Source: Burkholderiales bacterium (GTDB lineage: Bacteria; Pseudomonadota; Gammaproteobacteria; Burkholderiales; SG8-39). Taken from it: DNA of 62,138 nt. A program made the translations under genes and the position numbers. Below are positions 26,307-35,932 of this stretch, piece after piece; within the stretch, counting starts at the first letter, position 1, and each line of letters starts with the position of its first letter. A model generated the notes under the pieces. That model worked only from the letters and a program-made list of their open reading frames with translations. It did not search any database and was not told the origin of the DNA. Where the stretch lies: assembly GCA_035500055.1 (NCBI GenBank), contig DATJXO010000051.1:1-62138 (forward strand), given 5' to 3'.

Positions 26307-28249
26307 GGCAGGGTGTCGTCCTTGAGCTCGTCGGTGCCGCGCGCCGGGATCTCGCCGAGCCATTCCTTGAGCGACGCCGGCCGCCCTTCCACCAGCTGGG
26401 AATAGAACATGGTATTGGCCATGACTTTCTTCACGTAGTCGCGTGTCTCGTTGAAGGGGATCGATTCGACGTAGATCGCGCCCTCGAGCGGCGCGGCGTC
26501 GCGCCAGCGCTCCGCCCGCCGCGGGCCCGCGTTGTAGCCCGTCGCCGCGAGCACCGGGTGGCCGAGGTCGTCGAGCACGTGCCGCAGGTAGTTGGTGCCG
26601 AGCGCGATGTTGGTCTCGACGTCGGCCACGCGGGAGATGTGAAAGCCGCGCAGGCCGATCTTCTTCGCCGCCCAGCGCGCCGTGGCCGGCATCAGCTGCA
26701 TCAGGCCGCGTGCCCCCGCGGCCGAGCGCGCGTCGGCGATGAAGCGGCTCTCCTGGCGCACCAGGCCGAGCACCCATGCCTCCTCCAGCCCGAGGGCGCG
26801 CGCCTGCTCGCCGAACTGCTCGCGGAACGGCGCCAGGTAGCGCAGCTTGAAGTTGTGCAGCCGCACGGTGCGGTCGGCGGTGTTGATGGCGCGGTCGAAC
26901 AGCCCCTCGCGCCGCGCGAGCTCCGCGGCGGCGAGCAGCGACGGATCGTCCATGCCGCGCACCGCGTAGATCCACTCGCGCACCGCCGCGCGCCGCAGCT
27001 CGAGCCGGAACAGCTCCAGCGCACGCGCGAGGCCCGGGTCGCGGCGCGCCGCGGCGACCTGGCCCTCGGTCGCCTCGACGAACGGCTCCGGCACCAGCGG
27101 GATCGTGCCCAGCTCCTCGGAGGCGAGCAGGCCGTAGAAATCCGGCCGGGTCGAGATGCGCAGGTAGTAGGCGCGCGCGCCGTCGGCGTGGCCCTGCGCC
27201 CCCAGCGCGCGGCCGTACCAGTACGTCCAAGCCGGGTCGCGCCGCGCCGCCGCCGACATCGGGTCGATCGCGTCGCGCACCGCCTGCCAGTCGCCCGTGC
27301 GTAGCGCGATGCGCGCCTTCCACGCCAGCTGCTCGTCGCTGAGCGGCGCGTCGCCCGTGTTGCGGTACCAGGCGTCGGCCTCCGGCAGCAGGCGGCGCGC
27401 GCCGTCGTAGGCGACGCGGCCCCAGACGTATTGCCGGTCGGCCTCGGGCAGGCGGGCGCCGAGGCTGCCCTGCAGCACTTGCGCCGCCGCGTCCGGGTCG
27501 CTGCGGGACAGCCGCTCCAGCGCGAACAGCACCCCCTCGCGCTCGGCGCGGCGCGCGAAGCTCTTGGGCGGCGACGCCAGCAGCTTCTTCGGCGCGGTCG
27601 CGGCCTGCACCAGCTGCCGGTCGTCGAGGCGCTCGGGCTCGGGCAGCGCGGGCATCAGGCGCCGCGCCGCGCTCACCGCGCCGTTGGCGAGCAGCAGCCG
27701 CACGCGCTCCCACACGTCCTCGGCGGAGAAGCGCCCGGCCGCGAGCAGCTGGTCGGCGAGCGCGTTGCAGTCGTCGGGCAGGTCGCGCGGCTCGCGCCAG
27801 ATGGCGCGCGCCTCCGCGTAGGCGCCCTCGTCGCCGCGCGCGAGGCGCGCCTGCCACGCATAGCAGCGCAGCTCGAGGTCCTCGTCGGCGGCGAGCGGCA
27901 GCTGGCGCTCGAATTCGGCCCATTCGCCGCGGCGGCCGAGCTCCTTCAGCCAGTCGAAGCGCAGCCGCGCGGCGAGGTAGCTGCCGGCTTCGCGCGCGAG
28001 GAACGCGCGCACGTCCTCGCCGGTCGTATTCTCGAGGTCCAGCTCGATGCGCCAGTACTCGAGATACGGCGCCAGCACGGGAATGGTCGCGAGCGGCGCG
28101 ACTTTGGCGAGCTCGATCGGGTCGCCCGCGTTGTAGGCGTCGTAGGCCTTGAGGAAGGCTTCGTCGGCCGAGGGCGCCTTTGCCGAGGCGACGCCCGCAC
28201 CGGCACAGCCGACGAAGGCTGCTATAGTGAGGAATCGCCTAAAAATCAT
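26303..28249 (-). CDS. slt: soluble lytic murein transglycosylase (Slt70-like)
   Basis: 648 aa with a signal peptide, a superhelical U-domain-like N-terminal region, and the catalytic block GLVRQESRFIADARSAAGARGLMQLMPATA...YNAGP. Confidence 0.9.
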   Translation of the reverse strand: MIFRRFLTIAAFVGCAGAGVASAKAPSADEAFLKAYDAYNAGDPIELAKVAPLATIPVLAPYLEYWRIELDLENTTGEDVRAFLAREAGSYLAARLRFDWLKELGRRGEWAEFERQLPLAADEDLELRCYAWQARLARGDEGAYAEARAIWREPRDLPDDCNALADQLLAAGRFSAEDVWERVRLLLANGAVSAARRLMPALPEPERLDDRQLVQAATAPKKLLASPPKSFARRAEREGVLFALERLSRSDPDAAAQVLQGSLGARLPEADRQYVWGRVAYDGARRLLPEADAWYRNTGDAPLSDEQLAWKARIALRTGDWQAVRDAIDPMSAAARRDPAWTYWYGRALGAQGHADGARAYYLRISTRPDFYGLLASEELGTIPLVPEPFVEATEGQVAAARRDPGLARALELFRLELRRAAVREWIYAVRGMDDPSLLAAAELARREGLFDRAINTADRTVRLHNFKLRYLAPFREQFGEQARALGLEEAWVLGLVRQESRFIADARSAAGARGLMQLMPATARWAAKKIGLRGFHISRVADVETNIALGTNYLRHVLDDLGHPVLAATGYNAGPRRAERWRDAAPLEGAIYVESIPFNETRDYVKKVMANTMFYSQLVEGRPASLKEWLGEIPARGTDELKDDTLP

Positions 28250-28294
28250 GGACTAAGCTTAGCACGTCGCCGCCACGAACGTGTTGACCTCCGC

Positions 28295-28993
28295 ATGAAC
28301 GAAGCCGAGCTGAAAACCTGGCGCAAGGCCGAGCGCGAGCGCCTCATCGCCGCGCGCGAGGCGCTCGGCCCGGCGTTGCTCGAGCGCTTCCGCCTCCGCA
28401 TAGACGCGAGCCTGGAGCGCGCGTTCCCGGGACTGGCCGCGGCCCGGCTCGCCTTCTGCTGGCCGATCCGCGGCGAGTACGACGCGCGCCATCTCGCCAG
28501 AACGCTGCGCGAGCGCGGCGCGTTGACCGCACTTCCGGTGGTCGTCGCGCCGCGCACGGCGCTCATCTTCCGCGAATGGCATCCCGGCGTGAAGCTCGCC
28601 GCGGGACCCCTCGGGATTCCCTACCCCGTCGATTCCGCAGAGGTCACGCCCACGACGGTGCTGCTGCCGATGAACGGCTGGGACCCGGCCGGCTATCGCC
28701 TGGGTTATGGGGGCGGCTTTTTCGACAGAACTTTGGCTTCAATCTCGAAAAAACCGACCGTGATCGGAATCAGCTATGAGCTCGCGAAGATTCCGACCAT
28801 CTACCCGCAGCGCTGGGACATCCCGATGGACTGGGTCGTGACCGAGCGCGGCGTCTATCGCCGCGACCCGGGCGGGCTCGCCTTCCTCGGCGAGCCGCCG
28901 CCCGGCGAGCCGAGTGTGCTCACTTCCCCGGTCTGCTATGCGGGAGAAATTGCCCCCGATTACTTTGGGCAACTGACAAAGAAGCGCATTTGA
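28295..28993 (+). CDS. 5-formyltetrahydrofolate cyclo-ligase (with a ~40-aa C-terminal extension)
   Basis: 232 aa from ATG 28295 with ...LLPMNGWDPAGYRLGYGGGFFDRTL..., the family motif. The tail ...SPVCYAGEIAPDYFGQLTKKRI runs into lower-GC DNA. Confidence 0.8.
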   Translation: MNEAELKTWRKAERERLIAAREALGPALLERFRLRIDASLERAFPGLAAARLAFCWPIRGEYDARHLARTLRERGALTALPVVVAPRTALIFREWHPGVKLAAGPLGIPYPVDSAEVTPTTVLLPMNGWDPAGYRLGYGGGFFDRTLASISKKPTVIGISYELAKIPTIYPQRWDIPMDWVVTERGVYRRDPGGLAFLGEPPPGEPSVLTSPVCYAGEIAPDYFGQLTKKRI

Positions 28994-29046
28994 CTTTAAC
29001 TGCGGATATAGATATAGTTCCTTCGAAGTTACTTCTGGAGTGATCT

Positions 29047-29535
29047 ATGAGTGACTACGAAAGCATCCGCGTAACGAAGGCAGTTTTCCAGAAATTACAG
29101 CGACTTGCCGCACTTACGGGCGATGAGAATTCAGCGATTGAGCGCTTGATCAAACACTGGGAGAGCGGAAAGAGCTCGTCCAATTCAGTTAAAACTTCCA
29201 AGTCGGAAGAGAAGTTTGAGTATTGGCACTCACCAACCGGCGATGTCTTGCGCGTCGGCGAAGTTCTTCGCGGAACTGACGCCGGCAAGATGCACGAGGC
29301 AACTGTTGAGAGACACGGCATTGGGTACAACGGCGTGGTTTATGACAGCCCGTCGGCTGCTGCTAGGGCGGTCAAGCATGCGCGAGGGCTGCACGGCACC
29401 TCAGCCAGCACGAATGGACGTGATTTTTGGCGCCTTCGCGATCCCGAGACAAATCGTTGGGTCCCAATCAGCAGCCTTCGTCCAGCACACCGCGCGACGG
29501 TTGAAGAGTTACTTGCCGAGCTAGACGAAAAGTAA
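29047..29535 (+). CDS. hypothetical protein in a low-GC islet; possible RHH-like N-terminus and DUF4357-like C-terminal motif
   Basis: 162 aa. GGAG lies 8 nt upstream of the ATG. N-terminus: ESIRVTKAVFQKLQRLAALTGDENSAIERLIKHW. C-terminus: YDSPSAAARAVKHARGLHGTSASTNGRDFWRL, resembling the F-x-SPSAAA...NG-x-x-W motif as I recall it. Local GC is about 50 percent against about 70 percent in the flanks. Confidence 0.65.
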   Translation: MSDYESIRVTKAVFQKLQRLAALTGDENSAIERLIKHWESGKSSSNSVKTSKSEEKFEYWHSPTGDVLRVGEVLRGTDAGKMHEATVERHGIGYNGVVYDSPSAAARAVKHARGLHGTSASTNGRDFWRLRDPETNRWVPISSLRPAHRATVEELLAELDEK

Positions 29536-29569
29536 GCTCCGTGGCAAGACCCTGCGGTCCAGCTCTAGT

Positions 29570-30217
29570 TCAGCGCTTTCGCGCCAGCGTCAGCCCATCG
29601 CCGATCGGTACCAGCACGATGTCGACGCGCCGGTCGCGCGCCAGGCGCCGGTTGAAGGCGCGGATGGCGCGGGTATCGACCGACTGGTCACGCCGGTCGA
29701 GCGGCCGCCCGTACCACAACGTGTTGTCGATCGCGATCAGGCCGCCGCGGCGCACCAGCTTCAGGCAACGCTCATAGTAGTTGCGGTAATTCTCCTTGTC
29801 GGCGTCGATGAACGCGAAGTCGAACTTGCCCTTCAGCTGTTTCAGCGTCTCGAGGGCGGGGGCGAGATGGAGAGAGATTTTCTTCGAAACACCTGCCTTC
29901 TTCCAGAAGCGCTTCGCGATGGCGGTCCACTCCTCGCTGATGTCGCAGCACACCATGCGCCCGCCCGGCGGCAGCGCCAGCGCTACCGCGAGCGCCGAGT
30001 AGCCGGTGTAGGTGCCGATCTCGAGGCAGCGCCGCGCGCCGATGAGGCGCACCAGCATCTGCATCAGCGCCGCCTGGTCCGGGCCGATCTGCATGCCGCT
30101 GGCAGGCGCTTTCAGCGTCGCCGCGCGCAAGGCGCGCTGTACCGCGGTCTCGCGCGTGCCCCGGGCCACGACGTAGTCGCGCAGCCTTGCCGGGATGTCG
30201 ATCGCGCCGCGCGCCAT
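29570..30217 (-). CDS. class I SAM-dependent O-methyltransferase (caffeoyl-CoA OMT family)
   Basis: 215 aa with LEIGTYTGYSAL, FAFIDADKENY and GGLIAIDNTLW motifs. Confidence 0.85.
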   Translation of the reverse strand: MARGAIDIPARLRDYVVARGTRETAVQRALRAATLKAPASGMQIGPDQAALMQMLVRLIGARRCLEIGTYTGYSALAVALALPPGGRMVCCDISEEWTAIAKRFWKKAGVSKKISLHLAPALETLKQLKGKFDFAFIDADKENYRNYYERCLKLVRRGGLIAIDNTLWYGRPLDRRDQSVDTRAIRAFNRRLARDRRVDIVLVPIGDGLTLARKR

Positions 30218-31767
30218 CAGCCGAGGAAGAGCCGGTACGCCGGGTTGCGCGTCTCGGCGAAGCAGGGGTAGCCGAGGCGCGCGAGGAAGCGCCGGAAGTC
30301 GCCCATCTCCGCGCGCGGCACCTGCAGGCCCACCAGCACGTTGCCATAGTCGGCGCCGTGGTTGCGGTAGTGGAACAGGCTGATGTTCCAGCTCGGGTTC
30401 ATCGAGCGCAGGAACCTGATCAGCGCGCCTTGGCGCTCCGGGAACTCGAAGCGATAGAGCAGTTCGCGGGCAGGGGCGCGCGTTTCGCGCGCCTGGCCGG
30501 GCGGCAGGCGTCCGCCAACCATATGGCGCAGGTGCGCCTTGGCCATTTCGTCGTCCGAAAGATCGAGCGTGCGGCAGCCGGCGCGCTCCAGGCGCCGCAC
30601 GATGCGCGCGGTCTCCTCGCGCCCGTGCACTCCGACGCCGACGAAGATGTGTGCCACGTCCGGCCCGGACATGCGGTAGTTGAACTCGGTGACGTCGCGC
30701 CCGCCGAGCGCCTCGCAGAAGCGCCGGAAGCTGCCGCGCCGCTCCGGGATGGTCACCGCGAGTACTGCCTCGCGGTGCTCGCCGAGCTCGGCCTGCTCGG
30801 CGACGAAGCGCAGGCGGTCGAAATTGGTGTTGGCGCCCGAGGCGACCGCGACCAGCGTGCGGCCGCGCGCCCGCGCGGCGCCGCCGCGGCGCTCCACCCA
30901 GGCCTTGGCGCCCGCGATGGCGAGCGCGCCCGCGGGCTCGAGCACCACGCGCGTGTCCTCGAACACGTCCTTGATCGCGGCGCAGATCTCGTCGGTGTCG
31001 ACGCGCACCACCTCGTCGACGAAGGCGCGCGCAAGGCGGAACGTTTCCCTGCCGACCTGCTTCACCGCGACGCCGTCGGCGAACAGCCCGACGTGCTCCA
31101 GCACCACGCGCCTGCCCGCCTTGAGCGAGCGCGCCATGGCGTCGGCGTCGGCGGGCTCGACGCCGACGATCCGCACCGCGGGGCGCACGCGCTTCACGTA
31201 CGCCGCGATGCCGCCGATCAGGCCGCCGCCGCCCACGGGCACGAACAGCGCGTCGATCGGCGCCGCGTGCTGCTGCAGGATCTCCATGCCGATGGTGCCC
31301 TGCCCGGCGATCACGTCCGGGTCGTCGTACGGATGCACGAACGCGAGGCCGCGCCGGCGGCGCAGCCGCATGGCGTAGGTGTAGGCCTCGGCGTAGGTGT
31401 CGCCTCGCAGCACCACCTCGGCGCCGCGCTGCATCACCGCTTCCACCTTGATGCGCGGCGTGGTCACCGGCATCACGATCACGGCGCGGCAGCCGAGCTT
31501 CTGCGCCGCGAGCGCCACGCCCTGGGCGTGGTTGCCGGCGCTCGCCGCGATCACGCCCTTCTTCAGCTTCGCCGGCGCGAGGCGCGACATCTTGTTGTAG
31601 GCGCCGCGCAGCTTGAAGGAGAACACCGGCTGCAGGTCCTCGCGCTTCAGCAGCAGGCGGGCGCCGAGGCGCCGCGACAGCCCGCGCGCCTCCTCCAGCG
31701 GCGACTCCATCGCCACGTCGTAGACGCGCGCCTTCAGCACCCGCTCCAGGTAGTCGCCGCGCTTCAT
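30217..31767 (-). CDS. ilvA: threonine ammonia-lyase, biosynthetic
   Basis: 516 aa with the PLP lysine motif FSFKLRGAYN, GNHAQG, and two C-terminal ACT-like regulatory repeats. Confidence 0.95.
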   Translation of the reverse strand: MKRGDYLERVLKARVYDVAMESPLEEARGLSRRLGARLLLKREDLQPVFSFKLRGAYNKMSRLAPAKLKKGVIAASAGNHAQGVALAAQKLGCRAVIVMPVTTPRIKVEAVMQRGAEVVLRGDTYAEAYTYAMRLRRRRGLAFVHPYDDPDVIAGQGTIGMEILQQHAAPIDALFVPVGGGGLIGGIAAYVKRVRPAVRIVGVEPADADAMARSLKAGRRVVLEHVGLFADGVAVKQVGRETFRLARAFVDEVVRVDTDEICAAIKDVFEDTRVVLEPAGALAIAGAKAWVERRGGAARARGRTLVAVASGANTNFDRLRFVAEQAELGEHREAVLAVTIPERRGSFRRFCEALGGRDVTEFNYRMSGPDVAHIFVGVGVHGREETARIVRRLERAGCRTLDLSDDEMAKAHLRHMVGGRLPPGQARETRAPARELLYRFEFPERQGALIRFLRSMNPSWNISLFHYRNHGADYGNVLVGLQVPRAEMGDFRRFLARLGYPCFAETRNPAYRLFLG

Positions 31768-31784
31768 CGTCTCAGCCTAGCATC

Positions 31785-33932
31785 TCAGGCCGCCTCCAGC
31801 TTCGCCACCGCGATGGCGAGCCACTTCACCCCCTGGCCGCCGAAATTGACCTGCACGCGCGCCTCCATGCCGTCGCCCTCGGCGTCGACGATGACGCCGG
31901 TGCCGAACTTGGGGTGGGTGACGTTCTGCCCGATGCGGAACGGGCTGGAGGAATGCTTCTCGAGAAAGGGCTTGCTCCTGGCCTTGGAGGGAGAAAATGG
32001 CGAGAACTCGCTCGCTCGCCGCGAGAAGCGCGGCGTGAGCCACTTCTTCAGGCCCTCCGGGATTTCCTCCAGGAAGCGCGACGCAAGGCTGTAGCGGGTC
32101 TGGCCATGCAGCATGCGCGTCTGCGCGAACGTGAGGTACAGGCGCTTGCGCGCGCGCGTCACCGCGACGTAGGCGAGGCGCCGCTCCTCCTCCAGGCCGT
32201 CGCGCTCGAGCAGGCTCTGCTCGTGCGGAAACAGCCCCTCTTCCAGCCCGCAGAGGAAGACCGCGTCGAACTCCAGCCCCTTTGCCGAATGCACCGTCAT
32301 CAGCTGCAGCGCGTCCTGCCCTTCGGCCGCCTGGTGCTCTCCCGCCTCGAGCGCCGCGTGCGTGAGGAACGCGGTGACCGGGTCGACCGCCTCGCCCGAC
32401 TCGCGCTCCAGCTCCTCGCCGCCGAAGGCGGCGGCGGCGTTGACCAGCTCCTCCAGGTTCTCGATGCGCTCGGCGCCCTCGCGCTCGGCCTTGTAGTGCT
32501 CGATCAGGCCGCTCTTGTGGATCACGTGCTCGATCACCTCCGGCAGCGGGAGCGCCCGGGTTTCATCGCGCAGCTGATCGATGAGCCTCCTGAACTGGGA
32601 GCCCTTGGGGAGAAAATCCAGCGACTCCATCAGGGAAATCCCCCGCTGCTTCGCGGTGTCCTGCAGCTGCTCCAGCGTGCGCGCGCCGATGCCGCGCGGC
32701 GGGAAGTTGGCCACCCGCAGGAACGAGACGTCGTCCGCCGGCGCCGCGAGCAGGCGCAGGTAGGCGAGCGCGTGCTTCACCTCGGCGCGCTCGAAGAAGC
32801 GCAGCCCGCCGTAGACGCGGTACGGGATCCGCGCGCCGAACAGCGCGTGCTCGATGACGCGCGACTGCGCGTTCGAGCGGTACAGCACCGCGACCTGCTG
32901 CAGCCTCGCGCCATCGCGCGCCAGCGCCGCCACCTCGTCGGCGACGAAGCGGGCCTCCTCGGCGTCGCTCGCGCCCTCGAACACGCGCAGCGGGTCGCCG
33001 GCGCCGTCGGCGGTCCAGAGGTTCTTGCCGAGGCGCTTGCGGTTGTGGCTGATGAGCGCGTTGGCGGCATCCAGGATGTTGCCCTGCGAGCGGTAGTTCT
33101 GCTCCAGGCGGATCACGCGGCCGTGCGAATACTCCCGCTCGAACTCGGCGAGGTTCGCCACGTTGGCGCCGCGGAAGCCGTAGATCGACTGGTCGTCGTC
33201 GCCCACGGCGAACAGCCGCGTCGCCGGGCCGGCGAACAGCTTCAGCCAGCGGTACTGCAGCCGGTTGGTGTCCTGGAACTCGTCCACCAGCACGTGGCGG
33301 AAGCGCTGCTGGTAGTGCTCGCGAAGGACCTGGTTGCGGCTCAGCAGCTCGAAGCTGCGCAGCAGCAGCTCGGCGAAATCGACCACGCCCTCGCGCTGGC
33401 ATTGCTCGTCGTAGGCGGCGTAGAGCTCGGCGTGGCGCCGCGTCAGGTCGTCGGCCGGCGGCACGTCGCGCGCGCGCATCCCCTCTTCCTTGCGCGCGCA
33501 GATGAACTGCTGCAGCTGGCGCGGCGGGAAGCGGTCCTCGTCGACGTTGAGCGAGCGCGCCAGCCGCTTCACCGCGGAGAGCTGGTCCTGCACGTCGAGG
33601 ATCTGGAACTCGCGCGGCAGCCCGGCCTCGGCGTGGTGCGCGCGCAGCAGCCGGTTGGCGAGGCCGTGGAAGGTGCCGATCCACAGGCCGCGCGGGTTGA
33701 CCGGCAGCATCGCGCCGAGGCGCGTCAGCATCTCGCGCGCCGCCTTGTTGGTGAAGGTCACCGCCAGCACGCCCGAGGGCGCGACGCGGTCGGACCGGAT
33801 CAGCCAGGCGATGCGCGTGGTGAGCACGCGGGTCTTGCCGCTGCCGGCGCCGGCCAGCACCAGCGCGTGCTCGTCGGGCAGCGTGACGGCGGCGAGCTGC
33901 TCGGGGTTGAGGAGTTCGAGGCGAAGCGACAA
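31785..33932 (-). CDS. uvrD: DNA helicase II
   Basis: 715 aa with LNPEQLAAV, Walker A AGAGSGKTRVL, the DEFQDT box and VHSAKGLEF, plus a C-terminal KFGTGVIVD...VNF tudor-like tail typical of UvrD. Confidence 0.9.
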   Translation of the reverse strand: MSLRLELLNPEQLAAVTLPDEHALVLAGAGSGKTRVLTTRIAWLIRSDRVAPSGVLAVTFTNKAAREMLTRLGAMLPVNPRGLWIGTFHGLANRLLRAHHAEAGLPREFQILDVQDQLSAVKRLARSLNVDEDRFPPRQLQQFICARKEEGMRARDVPPADDLTRRHAELYAAYDEQCQREGVVDFAELLLRSFELLSRNQVLREHYQQRFRHVLVDEFQDTNRLQYRWLKLFAGPATRLFAVGDDDQSIYGFRGANVANLAEFEREYSHGRVIRLEQNYRSQGNILDAANALISHNRKRLGKNLWTADGAGDPLRVFEGASDAEEARFVADEVAALARDGARLQQVAVLYRSNAQSRVIEHALFGARIPYRVYGGLRFFERAEVKHALAYLRLLAAPADDVSFLRVANFPPRGIGARTLEQLQDTAKQRGISLMESLDFLPKGSQFRRLIDQLRDETRALPLPEVIEHVIHKSGLIEHYKAEREGAERIENLEELVNAAAAFGGEELERESGEAVDPVTAFLTHAALEAGEHQAAEGQDALQLMTVHSAKGLEFDAVFLCGLEEGLFPHEQSLLERDGLEEERRLAYVAVTRARKRLYLTFAQTRMLHGQTRYSLASRFLEEIPEGLKKWLTPRFSRRASEFSPFSPSKARSKPFLEKHSSSPFRIGQNVTHPKFGTGVIVDAEGDGMEARVQVNFGGQGVKWLAIAVAKLEAA

Positions 33933-33973
33933 GACGCGCGGATTATCTCACGCGCGTTCGGCGGCGAGCCGCG

Positions 33974-34933
33974 TCACTCCAGCCGGATGTTGAGCTCCTT
34001 GATCAGCCGGCCGTACTTGTCGTAGTCGGCGCGCAGCAACTTCGCCATGTCCTCCGCCGAGCCGCCGACCGGCTCCAGCGCGGCCTGCGCGTAGCGCTCG
34101 CGGATCTGCGGCTCGGCGAGCGCCCTGCCGATCTCGGCGTTCAGCCGCGCCACGATTTCCGCGGGCGTGCCCGCGGGCACGAAGGCGCCGAGCCATTGCT
34201 CGATCACCAGCTCCTTGTAGCCGGCCTCGCCGTAGGTCGGCACCTCCGGCAGGCTGGGCGCGCGCTTCGCGGTGGATTGCGCCAGCAGCTTCAGCTTCCC
34301 CGCCTTGTAGTACGGGATCAGCGGCGAGGAGCCGAGCGAACCGAGCGGCACCTGGCCGCCGACGAGGTCGGTGATCGCCTGGCCGCCGCCCTTGTAGGGC
34401 ACGTGCGTGAGCTTGATGCCGGCGAGCTTCGCGAACCACTCCGCCGCCATGTGCTGCTGCGAGCCGGCGCCGGAAGTGGCGAAGGCGAGGCCGGGCTTGC
34501 GCCTGGCGAGCGCCACCAGCTCCGCGAGGCTCGAGACGCCGAGCGAGGGGTGCGCGGCGAGCACCACCGGCTGGCGGCTCACCTGGATCACCGGGACGAA
34601 GTCGCGGAACGGATCCCAGCTCATCTTGTAGAGGTGCGGGTTACTGGCGATCGCGTCCGGTGCGATCAGCACCGTGTAGCCGTCCGGCGCCGCCCTGGAG
34701 GCCGCCTCGATGCCGATGTTGCCGCCCGCGCCGGCGCGGTTCTCGACCACCGCGGGCTGGCCGAGCGCCTGCGCGACGCGGTCGGCGAGCGGCCGGGCGG
34801 CGATGTCGGTAGAGCCGCCGGGCGGGTACGGCACGATCCAGTGCAGCGGCCTCGCCGGCCAGCCCTGCGCGAGTGCCGCGCCGCCCGGGACGAGCAGCGC
34901 GACGAGGAAGAAGACGAAGCGAAGTCGGTTCAT
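33974..34933 (-). CDS. Bug family tripartite tricarboxylate transporter substrate-binding protein (TctC-like)
   Basis: 319 aa with a signal peptide and WPARPLHWIVPYPPGGSTDIAARPLA...VENRAGAGGNIG..., the hallmark Bug motif. Confidence 0.9.
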   Translation of the reverse strand: MNRLRFVFFLVALLVPGGAALAQGWPARPLHWIVPYPPGGSTDIAARPLADRVAQALGQPAVVENRAGAGGNIGIEAASRAAPDGYTVLIAPDAIASNPHLYKMSWDPFRDFVPVIQVSRQPVVLAAHPSLGVSSLAELVALARRKPGLAFATSGAGSQQHMAAEWFAKLAGIKLTHVPYKGGGQAITDLVGGQVPLGSLGSSPLIPYYKAGKLKLLAQSTAKRAPSLPEVPTYGEAGYKELVIEQWLGAFVPAGTPAEIVARLNAEIGRALAEPQIRERYAQAALEPVGGSAEDMAKLLRADYDKYGRLIKELNIRLE

Positions 34934-34972
34934 GCGGGCCTCCCTGGGCCCGCGTACCCTACCAGAAGCGGG

Positions 34973-35836
34973 TCAGTCGGAGACGGCCGGCTCGCCGACG
35001 CCGTCGTGCCCGCGCAACTGCGCCGCCAGCGCCTCGGCGTCGGCGCGCGAGGCGAGCTGGCCGATGAGCACATGGTGTACGCGCTTGCCCGCGGCGCTCC
35101 CGGCGCGGATTTCCGCCGCGTAGCCGTCGGCGCGCAGGCGGGCGCGCAGGGCGCGCGCCTGTGCCTCCGATTCGGGGCTGGCGAGCGTCACCCGCCACTT
35201 GCCGCCGCGGCGCGCGGCGCCGGAATCCGGCGCGATCTCGGTCTGCCGCGACCAGTCGGCCAGCTGCTCCGGCGACACGAAGCCGACCGGCTGCGTGACG
35301 CCGCCCTCGCGGCGGTAGAACTGGCGCGGCTGGTCCATGGCCACCGGCGCCTCGCCCTGCGCGCCGACCTCGACCTTGCCTTCGATCAGGCACACCACCT
35401 GGCGCTGCGCCTCGGACTTGCCCCACAGGTCGGTGCCGCGCACCCCCGCGACCACCGTCCCGACGGTGATGCTGACCTCGCGCTTGCGCGGCTTGGAGAG
35501 CAGCCCGGTGGTGAAGCGGAACGCGCCCTCGACCACGTCGAGCACGGCGCGGAAGACGCCGGACTCCGGCCGCGCCTGCTGGATCTTGAGCGTCGCGCCT
35601 TCGCCGAGCTTGACGCTGCTGCCCTCGGGCAGCTTCAGCAGCACGCGCGAGCCTCCGCCCGTCCGGACCGCGTCTCCGCCCTTCAGCCGCATGCCGGGCG
35701 CGAGCGGCTCGCGCGACCCGCCGCGCTCGACCCAGGCGGGCATCTTCACCCCTTCTACGGTCGCGCCCTGCTGCGCCAGCGCGGGCGCCGCGGCGGCGAG
35801 GCCGGCGGCGAGGACAACGGCGTGGATCTGTCTCAT
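34973..35836 (-). CDS. secreted FecR-domain / SPOR-domain protein
   Basis: 287 aa from ATG 35836, the C-terminal part of the spurious 34973..38290 ORF. It has a signal peptide, a FecR-like GDAVRTGGGSRVLLKLPEGSSVKLGEGATL block, and a C-terminal SPOR-like WRVTLASPESEAQARALRARLRADGYAAEI. Confidence 0.75.
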   Translation of the reverse strand: MRQIHAVVLAAGLAAAAPALAQQGATVEGVKMPAWVERGGSREPLAPGMRLKGGDAVRTGGGSRVLLKLPEGSSVKLGEGATLKIQQARPESGVFRAVLDVVEGAFRFTTGLLSKPRKREVSITVGTVVAGVRGTDLWGKSEAQRQVVCLIEGKVEVGAQGEAPVAMDQPRQFYRREGGVTQPVGFVSPEQLADWSRQTEIAPDSGAARRGGKWRVTLASPESEAQARALRARLRADGYAAEIRAGSAAGKRVHHVLIGQLASRADAEALAAQLRGHDGVGEPAVSD

Positions 35837-35901
35837 GCATGACCTCCGAGCGTGGTGCTGCAGCGATATACGCCGCCGTCCGGCGGCCGGATGCGCGCCC
35901 T

Positions 35902-35907
35902 TATAAT
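35902..35907 (+). promoter_or_regulatory. candidate -10 box (TATAAT) upstream of leuS
   Basis: Perfect TATAAT 26 nt upstream of the leuS ATG. No good -35. Confidence 0.3.
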
Positions 35908-35932
35908 TCGCAGCTTTCGCCAACTTCGTCAC

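Noticed and set aside
25326-27923. Very long ORFs that extend real genes far upstream, namely 25326..27923, 2415..4016, 3236..5419, 34973..38290, 27431..28993, 22378..24291 and 20214..21497.
   Set aside because: Only the 3' portions show protein-family signal. The 5' portions overlap other well-supported genes in another frame or strand and are Arg/Ala-rich. I trimmed each to an internal start supported by an N-terminal motif, an RBS or a start/stop overlap.
29005-29016. Short tandem GATATA-GATATA upstream of the islet ORF.
   Set aside because: There are only two 6-nt copies in AT-richer DNA. This fits chance or a -10-like element, not a repeat array.
29055-29330. 91-aa minus-strand ORF inside the low-GC islet, plus the 29216..29524(+) ORF.
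   Set aside because: They overlap the better-supported 162-aa ORF, which has an RBS and a plausible domain pattern. They have no RBS and a Cys/Ser-rich, low-complexity translation.
33933-33973. Inverted repeat ACGCGCG-N10-CGCGCGT upstream of uvrD. I also looked here for a LexA SOS box.
   Set aside because: No CTGT-N8-ACAG-type SOS box is present. The short hairpin is more simply a weak terminator for the upstream Bug-family gene. The evidence is too thin to annotate.
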